Assembly: GCA_963749075.1 (NCBI GenBank)
Contig: CAVVLJ010000020.1
Location: 160,001-224,000, forward strand
Length of the DNA: 64,000 nt
DNA from: an uncultured Pseudomonadota bacterium
GTDB taxonomy: Bacteria; Pseudomonadota; Alphaproteobacteria; JACZXZ01
Direction: 5' to 3'
In this document: piece after piece, positions 42,971 through 53,330 of the stretch
Layout: every line of letters starts with the position of its first letter
How positions within the stretch are numbered: the stretch's first letter is position 1
Program-made: the position numbers and the translations under genes
The notes under the pieces: generated by a model
What the model was told of the DNA's origin: nothing
What the model saw: only the letters and a program-made list of their open reading frames with translations
The model's database searches: none

Positions 42971-43777
42971 TCAGCCGCCCACCTTGGCGAGCACGTCGGC
43001 CTTGAGGAAGCGCTCGATGAAGAGCATGAAGCCGACCGAGGGCACGAGAAGGATCAGCGCGGTGATCGCGGCGATCTGGTAGTTGCCGGCCATGCTCGCG
43101 ATGAACATCATGATCGGCAGCGTGATGACGTCGGGCACGCCCACGAAATAGGTGCCGGTGAACTCGTCGAGGGATTCGAGGAAGACGAAGATGGCGCTCG
43201 CCATGATGCCGGGAGCGGCAAGCGGCAGCGTCACGGTGAGAAAGGCGCGCAAGGCGGACGCCCCAATGTTGCGCGCCGCGAGCTCGAGCTCGCCGTCGAC
43301 CGCCGCGAAGGCCGCGGCCGCGATCCATACCGCGAAGACGAGCCCGTGCACCGTGTGCACGAGCACCACGCCCGGGATCGTCCCGTTGAGCCCGACGAGA
43401 TAGAAGAGCCGGGCGATGTTGATGTAGACGGCCAGGCTCGGGAAGGCCTGGGGCAGGAGGAAGGCGAGGAGGATGGGGCCGCGCCAGGGCAGCCGCCCGC
43501 GCGCGAGCGCATAGCCCGCCGGCACGGCGAGTGCGAGGCAGGCGGCGACCGTGAAGAGGGCGATGAGCACGCTGGTGGCGAGCGAGGAGAAGGCGTCGCT
43601 CGTCGGCTTGAACACGTCGCCCCAATATTTGAAGCCGTAGGTGAGCGGCAGCTTGTAGGGATAGTACCAGCGGATCGCCACCGCCCAGAAGGCGAGGTTG
43701 ACGAGCGGGCCGAAGATGGCGAAGGCGGCGATGCCGAGCGCGGTGCCGCGCAGGAGCCAGCCGAGTGCCGCTCTCAC
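42971..43777 (-). CDS. ABC permease (PotC/FbpB-like)
   Basis: LLPQAFP, LELAARNIGA, ESLDEFTG. Confidence 0.88.
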   Translation of the reverse strand: MRAALGWLLRGTALGIAAFAIFGPLVNLAFWAVAIRWYYPYKLPLTYGFKYWGDVFKPTSDAFSSLATSVLIALFTVAACLALAVPAGYALARGRLPWRGPILLAFLLPQAFPSLAVYINIARLFYLVGLNGTIPGVVLVHTVHGLVFAVWIAAAAFAAVDGELELAARNIGASALRAFLTVTLPLAAPGIMASAIFVFLESLDEFTGTYFVGVPDVITLPIMMFIASMAGNYQIAAITALILLVPSVGFMLFIERFLKADVLAKVGG

Positions 43778-44607
43778 AGCCGCCCTCCGCTCGCGATGCC
43801 GCGCTTGAGATAGACCCAGGCGGCGAGCCCGGTCATGGCGTAGGAGATGAAGCCGAGCGCGTTGGCGACGCCGTAGTCGCCGTAGGAATTGATGCGGAAC
43901 GCCATGTCGACGGTGATCATGGTCGGCGCTCCGCCGCTCACCATGACCGGCACCGAGAGCACGGAGAGCATGGTGACGAAGGAGAGGATGAGGCCGACCA
44001 GGATGGCGCCCGAGACTTGCGGCAGCACGATCTCGACGAGTATGCGCAGTCGCCCGGCGCCCAGGTTGCGCGCCGCCTCGATGGTGGCGCGGTCGAGCGA
44101 CGCCATGGCGCCCGCCGCGAGGAGCGCCACGAAGGGCGTCTGCTTCCACACGAAGGTGACGATGATGCCGCGCCAGTCGAGGAGGCCCGAGAGGCTCGCC
44201 AGGTCGAAGAGGCCGAGGCTGTCGAGCGTGTTGTTCAGCATGCCGTTCTTGGCGAGGAAGGTGCGCATGCATTGCGCCGCGACGATGAAGGGGATGAAGA
44301 GCGGCCAGCGGTAGAGCCAGCGCAGGAAGGCGACCGCCCGCGGATGCTCGCCGAGCGTGATGTAGCCGCCGATCGCCGCCGCGAGGACGCCGATCAGGAG
44401 GGTGGAGGCGGCGACGATGACCAGGGTGAAGACGACGTCGTCGCCGTAGAGCTCGAAGGTCTTGGCGAAGTTGTCGAGCGTGGCATGGCCGTCCTTGGCG
44501 CTGAAGGCGGAGACCAGGGAGACGGCGAGCGGATAGACGAAGAGCGCCAGCACCACGGCGAGCGCCGGCACCACGAGCGGCAGCATGGCGAGCCGCGTGT
44601 TGCGCAA
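43774..44607 (-). CDS. ABC permease (PotB-like); start uncertain
   Basis: WPLFIPF, IEAARNLGA. Confidence 0.88.
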   Translation of the reverse strand: MRNTRLAMLPLVVPALAVVLALFVYPLAVSLVSAFSAKDGHATLDNFAKTFELYGDDVVFTLVIVAASTLLIGVLAAAIGGYITLGEHPRAVAFLRWLYRWPLFIPFIVAAQCMRTFLAKNGMLNNTLDSLGLFDLASLSGLLDWRGIIVTFVWKQTPFVALLAAGAMASLDRATIEAARNLGAGRLRILVEIVLPQVSGAILVGLILSFVTMLSVLSVPVMVSGGAPTMITVDMAFRINSYGDYGVANALGFISYAMTGLAAWVYLKRGIASGGRL

Positions 44608-44616
44608 GGCGATGCC

Positions 44617-44794
44617 CTAGTGCTCGCCGTCATTACAGCGAGCGTCACCCCCTCCCCCTCGATCCGCCTTGCGGCTCGAGCCCCCTTCAAGGGGGAGGGG
44701 GAGGTTTGTTATCATGCCATGCACTTCCCCTCCCCCCTTGAGGCGGAGGGCTGGGGAGGGGGGTGGGCTGCGCATAGGCGACTCCCGGTGCTGG
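44617..44794. repeat. Family B MITE-like element inside the ABC operon
   Basis: CTAGTGCTC..GCGAGCGTCACCCCCTCCCCC..GACTCCCGGTGCTGG. Confidence 0.85.
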
Positions 44795-44803
44795 CCGCGT
44801 CCG

Positions 44804-45946
44804 CTATTGCACCTCGCGCTCGTAGCCCTCGAGGATGTCGTCGAAGTATTGCGCGATGGGGAAGGGCTTGCCGAACTCCGCGAGATCCTTGGGCGTCACG
44901 TCGACGAAGAGCTTGTCCCACGTCGCCTCGTCGAGCTGCGCCTTGACGGCGTTGGGATCGATCCCCGGATACCAGTTGAAGCGCTTGACGATGCCGTCCG
45001 CCTGCACCTTGGGGCTGGTCGCGAGTGCGATGAACTCCTCCGCCACCTTGGCGTTCGCCGCCTTGGCCGGCACCGCGTAATACATCGGCTGGCCGGGCAT
45101 GCCGGGGGCGATCAGCTTGAGCTTGACCGTGGGCGGCAGCTTGCCCTCGGCCTGCCAGGTGTAGAACATGTCGACCCACACCGGGCCCATGGCGATCTCG
45201 CCGCGGTTGAGCATGTCGAGGGTGCCGGCATTGCCCGGCGTCATGACGACGTTCTTGTCGAAGGCCTTGAGCTCGGCGAAGGCTGCGTCCCAGCTCTTCT
45301 TGACGCTGGCGTCATAGGGCCCCTTCATCAGCCGCTCCGGATCGGGCGCCTTGGCGTAGATCCAGCCGCAGACGAAGCTCACGCCCGACATGCCGCCCTT
45401 GATGCCGTTGTAGCCGAACTTGCCCGGGTTCGCCGCGACCCATTTCTCGAGCGCGTCATAGCTCGCGGGCGGCGTCTTCACCATCGTCGTGTTGTAGGCG
45501 ATGGCGGTCTGGCTGTTGAACATCGGAATGACGTAGCCGCCCACGTCGGTGCCGAGCGAGTTCTTCGCCGCCGCCGAGGTGACGAGCTTGCCGGTCGGCA
45601 CGTCCTTGACGTAGTCGGCGAGCAGGCCCTCCTTGACCATCTGGCCCGCCGCCTTCTGGTGGATCACCGCCACGTCGATGTCCCACGCGCTGTTGCCCTT
45701 CTCGGCCACCAGCTTCTCGTAGATTTTCTGCGAGCCCGCGTCGCCGGGACCCGTGCCGACGGCGCGCACGGTGACGCCGGGATGGTCCTTCTCGAAGAGC
45801 GGTCCCAGATAGTCCTTCACGTAATCGACCATGTTCTGGTCGCCGGCGGTGATGACGTTGAGCGTCACCTTCTGCTGCGCTGTGGCCGGCAGTGCTGCGA
45901 ACGCGAGGGCGGTCGCGGCGGCGACGAGGTGCGGGATCCGTCTCAT
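44804..45946 (-). CDS. ABC substrate-binding protein (PotD/YnjB/AfuA-like cluster)
   Basis: Signal peptide, AGDQNMVDY, WVAANPGKFGYN, LNRGEI. Confidence 0.85.
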   Translation of the reverse strand: MRRIPHLVAAATALAFAALPATAQQKVTLNVITAGDQNMVDYVKDYLGPLFEKDHPGVTVRAVGTGPGDAGSQKIYEKLVAEKGNSAWDIDVAVIHQKAAGQMVKEGLLADYVKDVPTGKLVTSAAAKNSLGTDVGGYVIPMFNSQTAIAYNTTMVKTPPASYDALEKWVAANPGKFGYNGIKGGMSGVSFVCGWIYAKAPDPERLMKGPYDASVKKSWDAAFAELKAFDKNVVMTPGNAGTLDMLNRGEIAMGPVWVDMFYTWQAEGKLPPTVKLKLIAPGMPGQPMYYAVPAKAANAKVAEEFIALATSPKVQADGIVKRFNWYPGIDPNAVKAQLDEATWDKLFVDVTPKDLAEFGKPFPIAQYFDDILEGYEREVQ

Positions 45947-45966
45947 GTGTGCCTCCCTGGTTGCGC

Positions 45967-47100
45967 TTAGGCCTTCTGGTGCGCGGTGCTAGCGGCGGGC
46001 GCGTCGCGATAGAGGTGGAGTGCGGCCGGCGGCAGCGCCACGCCGACCGCCTCGCCGATGGCGAGCCGGCGCTCGTCGTCCACGAGGTACTGGTCGTCGC
46101 CCACGCGCACCGCGTAGCGATAGAAGCCGCCCGGATATGAGGCCTGAACAATTCGCCCGCGCAGCACGAGGCGGCCGTCGGCCGGCCGCTCGGGCGGGGC
46201 CAGGCGCGCCTCCTCGGTGCGGAAATGGGCGACCACGGGCGTCTCGCCCGCGAGCGGCCCGAGCGTGCCGCCGTCGCGCTCTCCGCCCGCTATCTCGAGC
46301 GCCTCGTTGTGCGGGCCGGCGGCGATCGTGAGCCGGCCGGGCCCGCCCCGCACCTTGAGCAGCACCACGTTGGTGGCGCCCATGAAGCTCGCGACGAAGG
46401 GCGAGCGCGGGCGGTTGTAGATCTCCTCGGGTGCCCCCACTTGCGCCAGGCGGCCGGCATCGAGGATGGCGATGCGGTCGGCCATCACCATGGCCTCCTC
46501 GCGGTCGTGGGTGACGTGCACCGCGGTGATGCCGAGCTTCTGCTGCAGCGTCTTGATCTCGTGGCGCACCTCCTCGCGCACGCGCGCGTCGAGGTTGGAG
46601 AGCGGCTCGTCGAGGAGGAGGATCTGCGGGTTGACGGCGAGCGCGCGGCCGAGCGCCACGCGCTGGCGCTGGCCGCCGGAGATCTCGGTGACGCGCCGCT
46701 CGCCCAGGCTCTCGAGGCGCAGCATGGCGAGGACCTGGCTCACGCGGCGGGCGATCTCGGCGCGGCTCGCCCCGCGCAGCTTGAGTCCGTAGCCGATATT
46801 CTGGGCCACCCGCATGTGCGGCCAAAGGGCGTAGGATTGGAACACCATGGCCATGTTACGCTTGTCGGGTGGCAGTTTTGTGATGTCGCGTCCGCCGGCC
46901 AGGATGGCCCCGCTCGTCAAGGGCACGAAGCCGCAAATGGCGCGCAGGAGCGTCGTCTTGCCGCAGCCCGAGGAGCCGAGAAGGGCGATGAACTCGCCGC
47001 CCTCCACGCCGAGCGACAAGGCGTCGAGGACCTTGAGGGCGCCGTAGCGCACCTCGACCTCGCGCACCTCGAGCGACGTGGCGGATGGCACCATCGGCAT
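45967..47100 (-). CDS. ABC ATPase (PotA/FbpC-like)
   Basis: GSSGCGKTT, FQSYALWPH, ISGGQRQR, LLLDEPLSNLD. Confidence 0.94.
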   Translation of the reverse strand: MPMVPSATSLEVREVEVRYGALKVLDALSLGVEGGEFIALLGSSGCGKTTLLRAICGFVPLTSGAILAGGRDITKLPPDKRNMAMVFQSYALWPHMRVAQNIGYGLKLRGASRAEIARRVSQVLAMLRLESLGERRVTEISGGQRQRVALGRALAVNPQILLLDEPLSNLDARVREEVRHEIKTLQQKLGITAVHVTHDREEAMVMADRIAILDAGRLAQVGAPEEIYNRPRSPFVASFMGATNVVLLKVRGGPGRLTIAAGPHNEALEIAGGERDGGTLGPLAGETPVVAHFRTEEARLAPPERPADGRLVLRGRIVQASYPGGFYRYAVRVGDDQYLVDDERRLAIGEAVGVALPPAALHLYRDAPAASTAHQKA

Positions 47101-47313
47101 TCCTCCCGGCGCCCCCCCTCGCGGGCCGCGGGCTTGGCTTGAGCGGATGCCGCCGCTGCCTGGCGCGCAGCCCCCCGCCGGTCTCGGTGGCCGTACGATA
47201 GCAGGCCCCCGAGTGCCGCGGCAACCTGGCACCCGAGCCCTTGCGCCCATTTCCTTTGCCGCGCGGGCGGGCTAGGCTCGCGGCCCCGTTGCAGCGCTTG
47301 GGAGCGCCGTGCC

Positions 47314-48216
47314 ATGGCCATGCGCCTGGGCATCAATCCGATCGGCTGGAGCAACGACGACATGCCGGAGCTCGGCGGGGACACGCCGCTCGAGAGCTGT
47401 CTCGCCGAGGCGAAAGCCGCGGGCTATGCCGGCGTCGAGCTCGGCAACAAGTTTCCCCGCGAGGCGACGGCCTTGCGCGCGGTGCTGGCGCGCCACGGCT
47501 TGGCCCTGATCTCCGGCTGGTACGGCGCGCGGCTTCTCGAGCGCTCGGCCGAGGAGGAGATCGCGGCGCTCGAGGCGCACCTGGCACTGCTCGCGGCATT
47601 GGGTGCCAAGGTCATGGTCTTCGCCGAGACGAGCGGCAGCATCGCAGGCGCCCGTGGGCAGGCGCTTTCCCGCCGGCCGCGGCTCGCCGCGCGCGAGTGG
47701 GACGGTTTCGCCCGGAAGCTCACGGAGATCGCCGATCATCTTGCGCGGCGCGGCGTGCGCATGGCCTATCATCACCACATGGGAACGGTGGTGGAGAACA
47801 GCGACGAGATCGACCGGCTGATGGCCGCGACGGGCGACAGCGTCGGGCTCCTCCTCGACACCGGGCACCTCGCCTACGCGGGCGGCGATGTGCTCGCGGT
47901 CCTGCGGCGCCACGCGGCACGCATCAACCACGTTCATTGCAAGGACGTGCGCAAAGACGTGCTCGCGGCGGTCAGGGCCACGGACGCGAGCTTCCTCGAC
48001 GCCGTGCTGGCGGGCGTCTTCACGGTGCCGGGCGACGGCGCCATCGATTTCGCGTCCCTCCTCGCGGCACTCGGGGAGGCCTCCTACGGCGGCTGGCTGG
48101 TGGTCGAGGCCGAGCAGGACCCGGCCAAGGCCGAGCCGCTCCGCTATGCCAGGATGGGCTTCGCGCACTTGAGCGCCGCAATCGCGCGAACCGGGCTCGG
48201 GGAGGGGGCGCCATGA
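47314..48216 (+). CDS. iolE: myo-Inosose-2 dehydratase
   Basis: GINPIGWSNDDMPELGG, YHHHMGT, LDTGH, HVHCKD, FTVPGDG, VVEAEQDP. Confidence 0.96.
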   Translation: MAMRLGINPIGWSNDDMPELGGDTPLESCLAEAKAAGYAGVELGNKFPREATALRAVLARHGLALISGWYGARLLERSAEEEIAALEAHLALLAALGAKVMVFAETSGSIAGARGQALSRRPRLAAREWDGFARKLTEIADHLARRGVRMAYHHHMGTVVENSDEIDRLMAATGDSVGLLLDTGHLAYAGGDVLAVLRRHAARINHVHCKDVRKDVLAAVRATDASFLDAVLAGVFTVPGDGAIDFASLLAALGEASYGGWLVVEAEQDPAKAEPLRYARMGFAHLSAAIARTGLGEGAP

Positions 48217-49163
48217 TGATCGGCATGATCACCGACAGCCTCGGCGGGCTGCCGCTCGACGCGGTGCTCAGGACCGCCGCCGAGCTCGGCATCGAGCGGC
48301 TCGAGTTCGCCTGCGGCAACTGGTCGGCGGCGCCGCACATAGCTCTCGACGCGCTCCTCGAGAGCGCTCCGGCGAGGTGCAACTTTGCAGGCCGCCTCGC
48401 GGACCACGGCCTCGCGATCAGCGCGCTCAACTGCTCGGGCAATCCGCTCCATCCGGGCGAGCACGGCCGCCGCCACCGGGAGGTCACAGAGAAGACCATC
48501 CGCCTAGCCGGCCTCATGGGGGTCGAGCGCGTGGTCATGATGTCGGGCTGCCCCGGCGGCCCCGGCGACGCCAATGCCAATTGGGCGACGACGAGCTGGC
48601 CGCCCGAGATGCAGACGATCCTGCGCTACCAGTGGGAGGAGGTGCTCATTCCCTACTGGCGCGGGCTCGCCGCCCAGGCCCGCGGCCTCGGCGTCGGCAA
48701 GCTCTGCCTCGAGCTCCACGGCCACCAGAACGTCTACAACGTCGCCACCTTCTTCCGCCTGCGCGAGGCGGTGGGCGACACGGTGGGCGTCAATTTCGAC
48801 CCCAGCCATCTCATGTGGATGGGCGCCGATCCGCTCGCGGCGGTCGCCGCCCTCGGCCCCGCCATCTATCACGTCCACGCCAAGGACACGCGCATCGAGC
48901 CTGCCGCCGCAGTGAACGGCCGCCTCGAGACCGGGCCCTCTGAGGATGCCGCCCGGCGCGCCTGGAATTACGTCACCCTCGGCCACGGCCACGACGAGGC
49001 GTGGTGGTGCCGCTTCTGCGCCGCACTCGCGGCCGTGGGCTACGACGACGTGCTCTCGATCGAGCACGAGGACGTGGCACTGCCGCCGCTCGAGGGCGTC
49101 GCCCGCTCGGTCGCGCTCTTGAGCCGTGCCATCGCGACGCTCACGGCGGCGCCGCGAGCTTGA
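48213..49163 (+). CDS. Sugar phosphate isomerase/epimerase (AP_endonuc_2 TIM barrel, IolH/IolI-like)
   Basis: ALNCSGNPLHP, CLELH, NFDPSHLMWMG, HVHAKD, SIEHED. Confidence 0.88.
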   Translation: MMIGMITDSLGGLPLDAVLRTAAELGIERLEFACGNWSAAPHIALDALLESAPARCNFAGRLADHGLAISALNCSGNPLHPGEHGRRHREVTEKTIRLAGLMGVERVVMMSGCPGGPGDANANWATTSWPPEMQTILRYQWEEVLIPYWRGLAAQARGLGVGKLCLELHGHQNVYNVATFFRLREAVGDTVGVNFDPSHLMWMGADPLAAVAALGPAIYHVHAKDTRIEPAAAVNGRLETGPSEDAARRAWNYVTLGHGHDEAWWCRFCAALAAVGYDDVLSIEHEDVALPPLEGVARSVALLSRAIATLTAAPRA

Positions 49164-49296
49164 AGCTGCCCGACGCCGCCACCTCGCCCCTGCCATTGAC
49201 TCGCCGCGATTTGCCGGCTCAATCTCTCCACACTCACAATAACAAAAGGCGGCTCGGAGGTGCCCCGCACGCGGGCCCGCTGCGAGGGAGGATGGC

Positions 49297-50676
49297 ATGA
49301 ACAGGCGCTGCTGCCGCGTGCTCTTCGCCGCCTGCGGCCTTGTGGCACTGGCCGGCCTCTTGGCACCGCCGCCCGCCGCAGCCGCGGGGCGGACCGTGGT
49401 CGTCTGGTGGAACCAGGGCTTCTATCCGGCCGAGGACCAGGCGCTCAGGGACGCCGTCGCGGCCTGGGAGAAGGCGAGCGGCGGCAAGATGGAGCTCACC
49501 TTCTACAACGGCGCCGACCTGCCGACGAAGATCATCTCCGCGATCACCGCGGGTGCGGTGCCAGATCTCTGCTACGCCGACAACAACGACTTCCTCCTCC
49601 TGCCGCAGAACGCGTGGAACGACAAGGCCGTCGACGTGAGCGACGTGGTGGAGACGGAGAAGGCGCTCTACAACGAGACGGCGCTGACGGCCGCACGCCT
49701 CTACGACAACGTCACCAAGAAGCGCAGCTTCTTCGGCGTGCCGCTCAAGCAGCAGGCGCTCCATTATTTCGTCTGGCGGCCGATGATCGAGGCGGCCGGC
49801 TACGAGCTCGACGACATCCCCAAGACCTGGGAGGCCTATTTCGACTTCTTCGAGACGGTGCAGAAGAAGCTGCGGGAGAAGGGCCAGCGCGTCTACGGCC
49901 TCGGCTACTCGCTCGCCACCAAGGACTCGGACAGCACCTATCTCTTCAACCAGTTCCTCGTCGCCTACGGCGGCGCCGGCATCGTGACCCCGGACGGCAA
50001 GCTGCACATCGACGACCCCAAGGTGCGCGAGGCCGCGATCAAGGCGCTCGCCAAGCTGACGGCGCCCTATAAGGCCGGCATGGTGCCCCCGGGAGCCATC
50101 AACTGGGGCGACCCCGACAACAACAACGCGTTCTACGCCAAACAGATCGTCATGACGCCCAATGCGACGCTCTCCATCCCGGTGGCGCAGATGGAGAAGA
50201 CCGGGCAGTACATGCACGAGATCCTGACCCAGGCGCAGCCCACCGGGCCGGACGGCAAGCCGGTCGTGAGCCTCGTCTCGGTCAAGCTCGCCTTCATCCC
50301 CAAGGGTGCCCATAACGTCGAGGCGGCGAAGGATTTCCTCAAATTCTTCATCCGGCCGAAGACCATCGACGCCTACCTCACGGCGGCCCGCGGGCGCTGG
50401 CTCCCCGTCATGCCCTCGCTCGTGCGCGACGATCCCTACTGGAGCGATCCCAAGGACCCGCACCGGCCGGTGGCGACCCGAGAGGTGCTCGACGGGCCGA
50501 CCATGCCGTGGTTCCAGTCCTTCAATCCCGCCTACTCGGAGGTGAACGCGGCACAGGTCTGGGGCACCGCCGAGGCCAAGGTGATGACCGGCGGCATGGC
50601 ACCGGAGAAGGCGGCGGGCGAGGCCTTCCGGCAGATCGGCGCGATCTTCGCCAAATACCCGGTTCCCGCGCAGTAG
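49297..50676 (+). CDS. Carbohydrate ABC substrate-binding protein (CUT1)
   Basis: Signal peptide, VWWNQGFY..ED, IPKTW, INWGDPDNNNAF. Confidence 0.85.
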   Translation: MNRRCCRVLFAACGLVALAGLLAPPPAAAAGRTVVVWWNQGFYPAEDQALRDAVAAWEKASGGKMELTFYNGADLPTKIISAITAGAVPDLCYADNNDFLLLPQNAWNDKAVDVSDVVETEKALYNETALTAARLYDNVTKKRSFFGVPLKQQALHYFVWRPMIEAAGYELDDIPKTWEAYFDFFETVQKKLREKGQRVYGLGYSLATKDSDSTYLFNQFLVAYGGAGIVTPDGKLHIDDPKVREAAIKALAKLTAPYKAGMVPPGAINWGDPDNNNAFYAKQIVMTPNATLSIPVAQMEKTGQYMHEILTQAQPTGPDGKPVVSLVSVKLAFIPKGAHNVEAAKDFLKFFIRPKTIDAYLTAARGRWLPVMPSLVRDDPYWSDPKDPHRPVATREVLDGPTMPWFQSFNPAYSEVNAAQVWGTAEAKVMTGGMAPEKAAGEAFRQIGAIFAKYPVPAQ

Positions 50677-50799
50677 GGACGCTAGGCCGGGCGCGCGCTC
50701 GACCCGCGGCGGCGCTATCTTTTCCCCCGAAGCGGCCGGGGGAATATATCATGCGGCGTGAGTGTCCCTTGACCCAGGCGGGCGAGGGCGCGGGCAGCG

Positions 50800-51702
50800 G
50801 TGGAACGCTTGAGCTCGCTTGACGAAACCGGCCAACTCCTCGGCCGCGGCGCGCGCCGCTACAGCCTCGAGCGCAGCGAGCTCCTGTGGGCGGCGGCCTT
50901 CCTCGTGCCCTACGCCGGCGTCTTCCTCGCCTTCGTGGTCTTCCCGGTGGGCTACGGGCTGTGGCTCGGCAGCGACCCGGCGAGCTACGGAGCGCTTTTC
51001 GGCGATCCCATCTATGCCCGCACGGTCGTCAATACGCTCATCTATCTCGGCGTCGGGGTGAACGCGAAGCTCTTCTTGGCCCTCCTCCTCTCGGGTTACT
51101 TCATGCGCCGCGAGCGCTGGGTGAAGTGGCTGCTCCTCGTCTTCATGCTGCCCTGGGCGATGCCGGCGATCCCCACGTTCATCGCCTTCCACTGGATGTT
51201 CAATGCGCAGTGGGGCCTGATCAACAACGCGCTCTATATTTTCTTCGGCATTGACGGACCGCCCTGGCTCGACGTGCCGCAACTCGCCCTGGCCACGGTG
51301 ATCCTCGCCTATATCTGGAAGTGGCTGCCGTTCTGGACGCTCATCTTCCTCGCCGGACGCATGGCGATCCCGCGCGAGCTCTACGAGGCGGCCGAAGTCG
51401 ACGGCGCCACCGTGCTCCATCGCTTCCTCCACGTGACCTTCCCGCTGATGGCCGGGCTCTACACGGTCTGCACGCTGCTCTCCACCATCTGGACGCTCGG
51501 CGACTTCAACACGGTGCATTTCGTCAGCGGCGGCGGGCCGGCGCTGCAGACGCACGTGCTGGCGACGCTCGGCATCCGCGACGCCTTCGAGCTCGGCGAT
51601 CCGCGCGTGGGCATGGCGGCGGTGATCTCGGCGCTGCCGCTTCTCGTGCCGCTGGTGATCTTGCTCATGCGCCGGCTGGCCAAGAGCGAGGTCGAGCTGT
51701 GA
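50800..51702 (+). CDS. Carbohydrate ABC permease
   Basis: LPWAMP, ELYEAAEVDGA, GDFN. Confidence 0.92.
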   Translation: MERLSSLDETGQLLGRGARRYSLERSELLWAAAFLVPYAGVFLAFVVFPVGYGLWLGSDPASYGALFGDPIYARTVVNTLIYLGVGVNAKLFLALLLSGYFMRRERWVKWLLLVFMLPWAMPAIPTFIAFHWMFNAQWGLINNALYIFFGIDGPPWLDVPQLALATVILAYIWKWLPFWTLIFLAGRMAIPRELYEAAEVDGATVLHRFLHVTFPLMAGLYTVCTLLSTIWTLGDFNTVHFVSGGGPALQTHVLATLGIRDAFELGDPRVGMAAVISALPLLVPLVILLMRRLAKSEVEL

Positions 51703-52556
51703 TCGCCGGGCGCCGCCGCCTCGGCCGGCACGCCGGGCGCACGTGGGCGGCGCTCGCCGCACTCGGGCTCCTCGCCTGGACCCTGGTGCCGATCTACAGC
51801 ATGTTCCTCGTCGCCGTGCAGGAGAAGGAGGACGTGTTCGCCACCGCCATCTGGCCGCCCCGCCCGACCTTCGCGAGCTTCATGGCGGTCTTCCAGGAGA
51901 GCTACTGGTATCTCGCGAACTTCTGGGGCCAGATGGGCAACAGCCTCTTCATCGGCCTCATGGTGGCACTCCTGACGCTCGCCGTCGGCAGCATGACGAG
52001 CTTCTCGATCGGGCGGCTCAACGTGCCCATGGGCTGGCTCGTCTCCAATACCGCCCTCCTCACCTACGTCATCCCCATGTCCTTCCTCGCCATTCCCTTC
52101 TACCGCATCATGAAGACCTACGGCCTGACGGACAATCCCTGGGCGGTCATCGCCGCCGAGGTGGCCTTTGCCACGCCCTACGCGATCTTCATCTTCCGCC
52201 AATACGCCCACAGCATCCCGCGCGAGCTCGACGAGGCGGCGCGCATCGACGGCGCCTCGCCCGCGCAGATTTATCTGCGCATCTATCTCCCGCTCATGGC
52301 GCCGGCACTCGTCGCCGTCGGCACCTACGCGCTCCTCCTCGCGTGGAACGAATATCTCTACGCCTTCCTCCTCTTGTCCTCGGACAGCACGATCACCGTG
52401 CCGGTGGCGCTCGGCAAGTTCCTCAACAGCGACGAGGCGCCGTGGAACTATCTGATGGCGGCCTCCATCGTCTTCGCCCTGCCGCCGCTCGCCATCTACT
52501 ACCTCTTCCGCCGCTACATGAGCGAAGGCCTCACCATGGGCGGGGTGAAGGGGTAG
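51699..52556 (+). CDS. Carbohydrate ABC permease
   Basis: IPRELDEAARIDGAS, AWNEYL, GGVKG C-terminus. Confidence 0.92.
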   Translation: MIAGRRRLGRHAGRTWAALAALGLLAWTLVPIYSMFLVAVQEKEDVFATAIWPPRPTFASFMAVFQESYWYLANFWGQMGNSLFIGLMVALLTLAVGSMTSFSIGRLNVPMGWLVSNTALLTYVIPMSFLAIPFYRIMKTYGLTDNPWAVIAAEVAFATPYAIFIFRQYAHSIPRELDEAARIDGASPAQIYLRIYLPLMAPALVAVGTYALLLAWNEYLYAFLLLSSDSTITVPVALGKFLNSDEAPWNYLMAASIVFALPPLAIYYLFRRYMSEGLTMGGVKG

Positions 52557-52573
52557 GGTACGACGCGGCCTCC

Positions 52574-52993
52574 TCACGCCTCATAGCCGAGCACCATGAC
52601 GCCAAGCGTTTCGCCGGCGGCGCGGAGCTGCCGATCAAGCGTCGCGAGCGGCAGCCTCCGCCTTTGTGCCAGTTCGAGATAGGCGGCATCATAGGTCGTG
52701 AGGCGGAATTGGTCGGCAAGCCGCAAGGTCGTCGTCCAGGCGTATATGTCGGTATCGGGATCGACCGCGATCGGCATGGCCGCGAGCTGGGCCAAGGTGC
52801 GGTCGCGAAACGAGGCGTCGATCCGCCCGCGCCGTATCGCACCCACGAATCCATTGGCGATTTCCAGCCGCCACAGGGCCGGGACCACGGCGCCAGCTTC
52901 GACGACCTGTTCGAGCACGGCGTCCGCCGCGGCGGTGCGCTCATCCTCGAAACACCAACTGAGCGCCAGTGACGCATCGAGCACTAGGCTCAC
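52574..52993 (-). CDS. VapC-family PIN-domain toxin
   Basis: LVLDAS, LWRLEIAN, LTTYDAAYLELA, LATLD. Confidence 0.92.
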   Translation of the reverse strand: MSLVLDASLALSWCFEDERTAAADAVLEQVVEAGAVVPALWRLEIANGFVGAIRRGRIDASFRDRTLAQLAAMPIAVDPDTDIYAWTTTLRLADQFRLTTYDAAYLELAQRRRLPLATLDRQLRAAGETLGVMVLGYEA

Positions 52994-53232
52994 AGGCGCC
53001 CTTCGCCTATCAGGTCCTTGATCTTGACGCCCCCGAGCGTGACGCCCCGGCTCATCTCGCGGATACGCCGAGCAGCTTCGCGCGCCGCCTCTCGATTGAT
53101 GGCACCTTTGGGCGGCACTAAGCGCGCAACTTCCTTGCCATGTCGTGTGATGACGATCTCCTCGCCGCGCTCGACTTGATCGAGCAGCGCGCTAAGGGTG
53201 TTCTTGGCTTCGAAAGCCCCTACTTCCTTCAT
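52990..53232 (-). CDS. Phd/YefM-family antitoxin
   Basis: VGAFEAKNTLSALLDQVERGEEIVITRHGKEVARL; overlaps the toxin start. Confidence 0.92.
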   Translation of the reverse strand: MKEVGAFEAKNTLSALLDQVERGEEIVITRHGKEVARLVPPKGAINREAAREAARRIREMSRGVTLGGVKIKDLIGEGRL

Positions 53233-53330
53233 GGCGTCCAAATTTAAGCTAGATGACAGCTAGCTGCCTATAACGAAACGGTGCGCGAAGGTCAAGAACG
53301 AAATTGGAATTCAGGCTACGGTGCGGACGC

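Noticed and set aside
47227-47244. Sigma54 promoter upstream of iolE (TGGCAC..TTGC)
   Set aside because: Spacing is 8 nt instead of the strictly required 5
52574-53241. vapBC as a novel system
   Set aside because: Ordinary Phd-VapC type II TA pair
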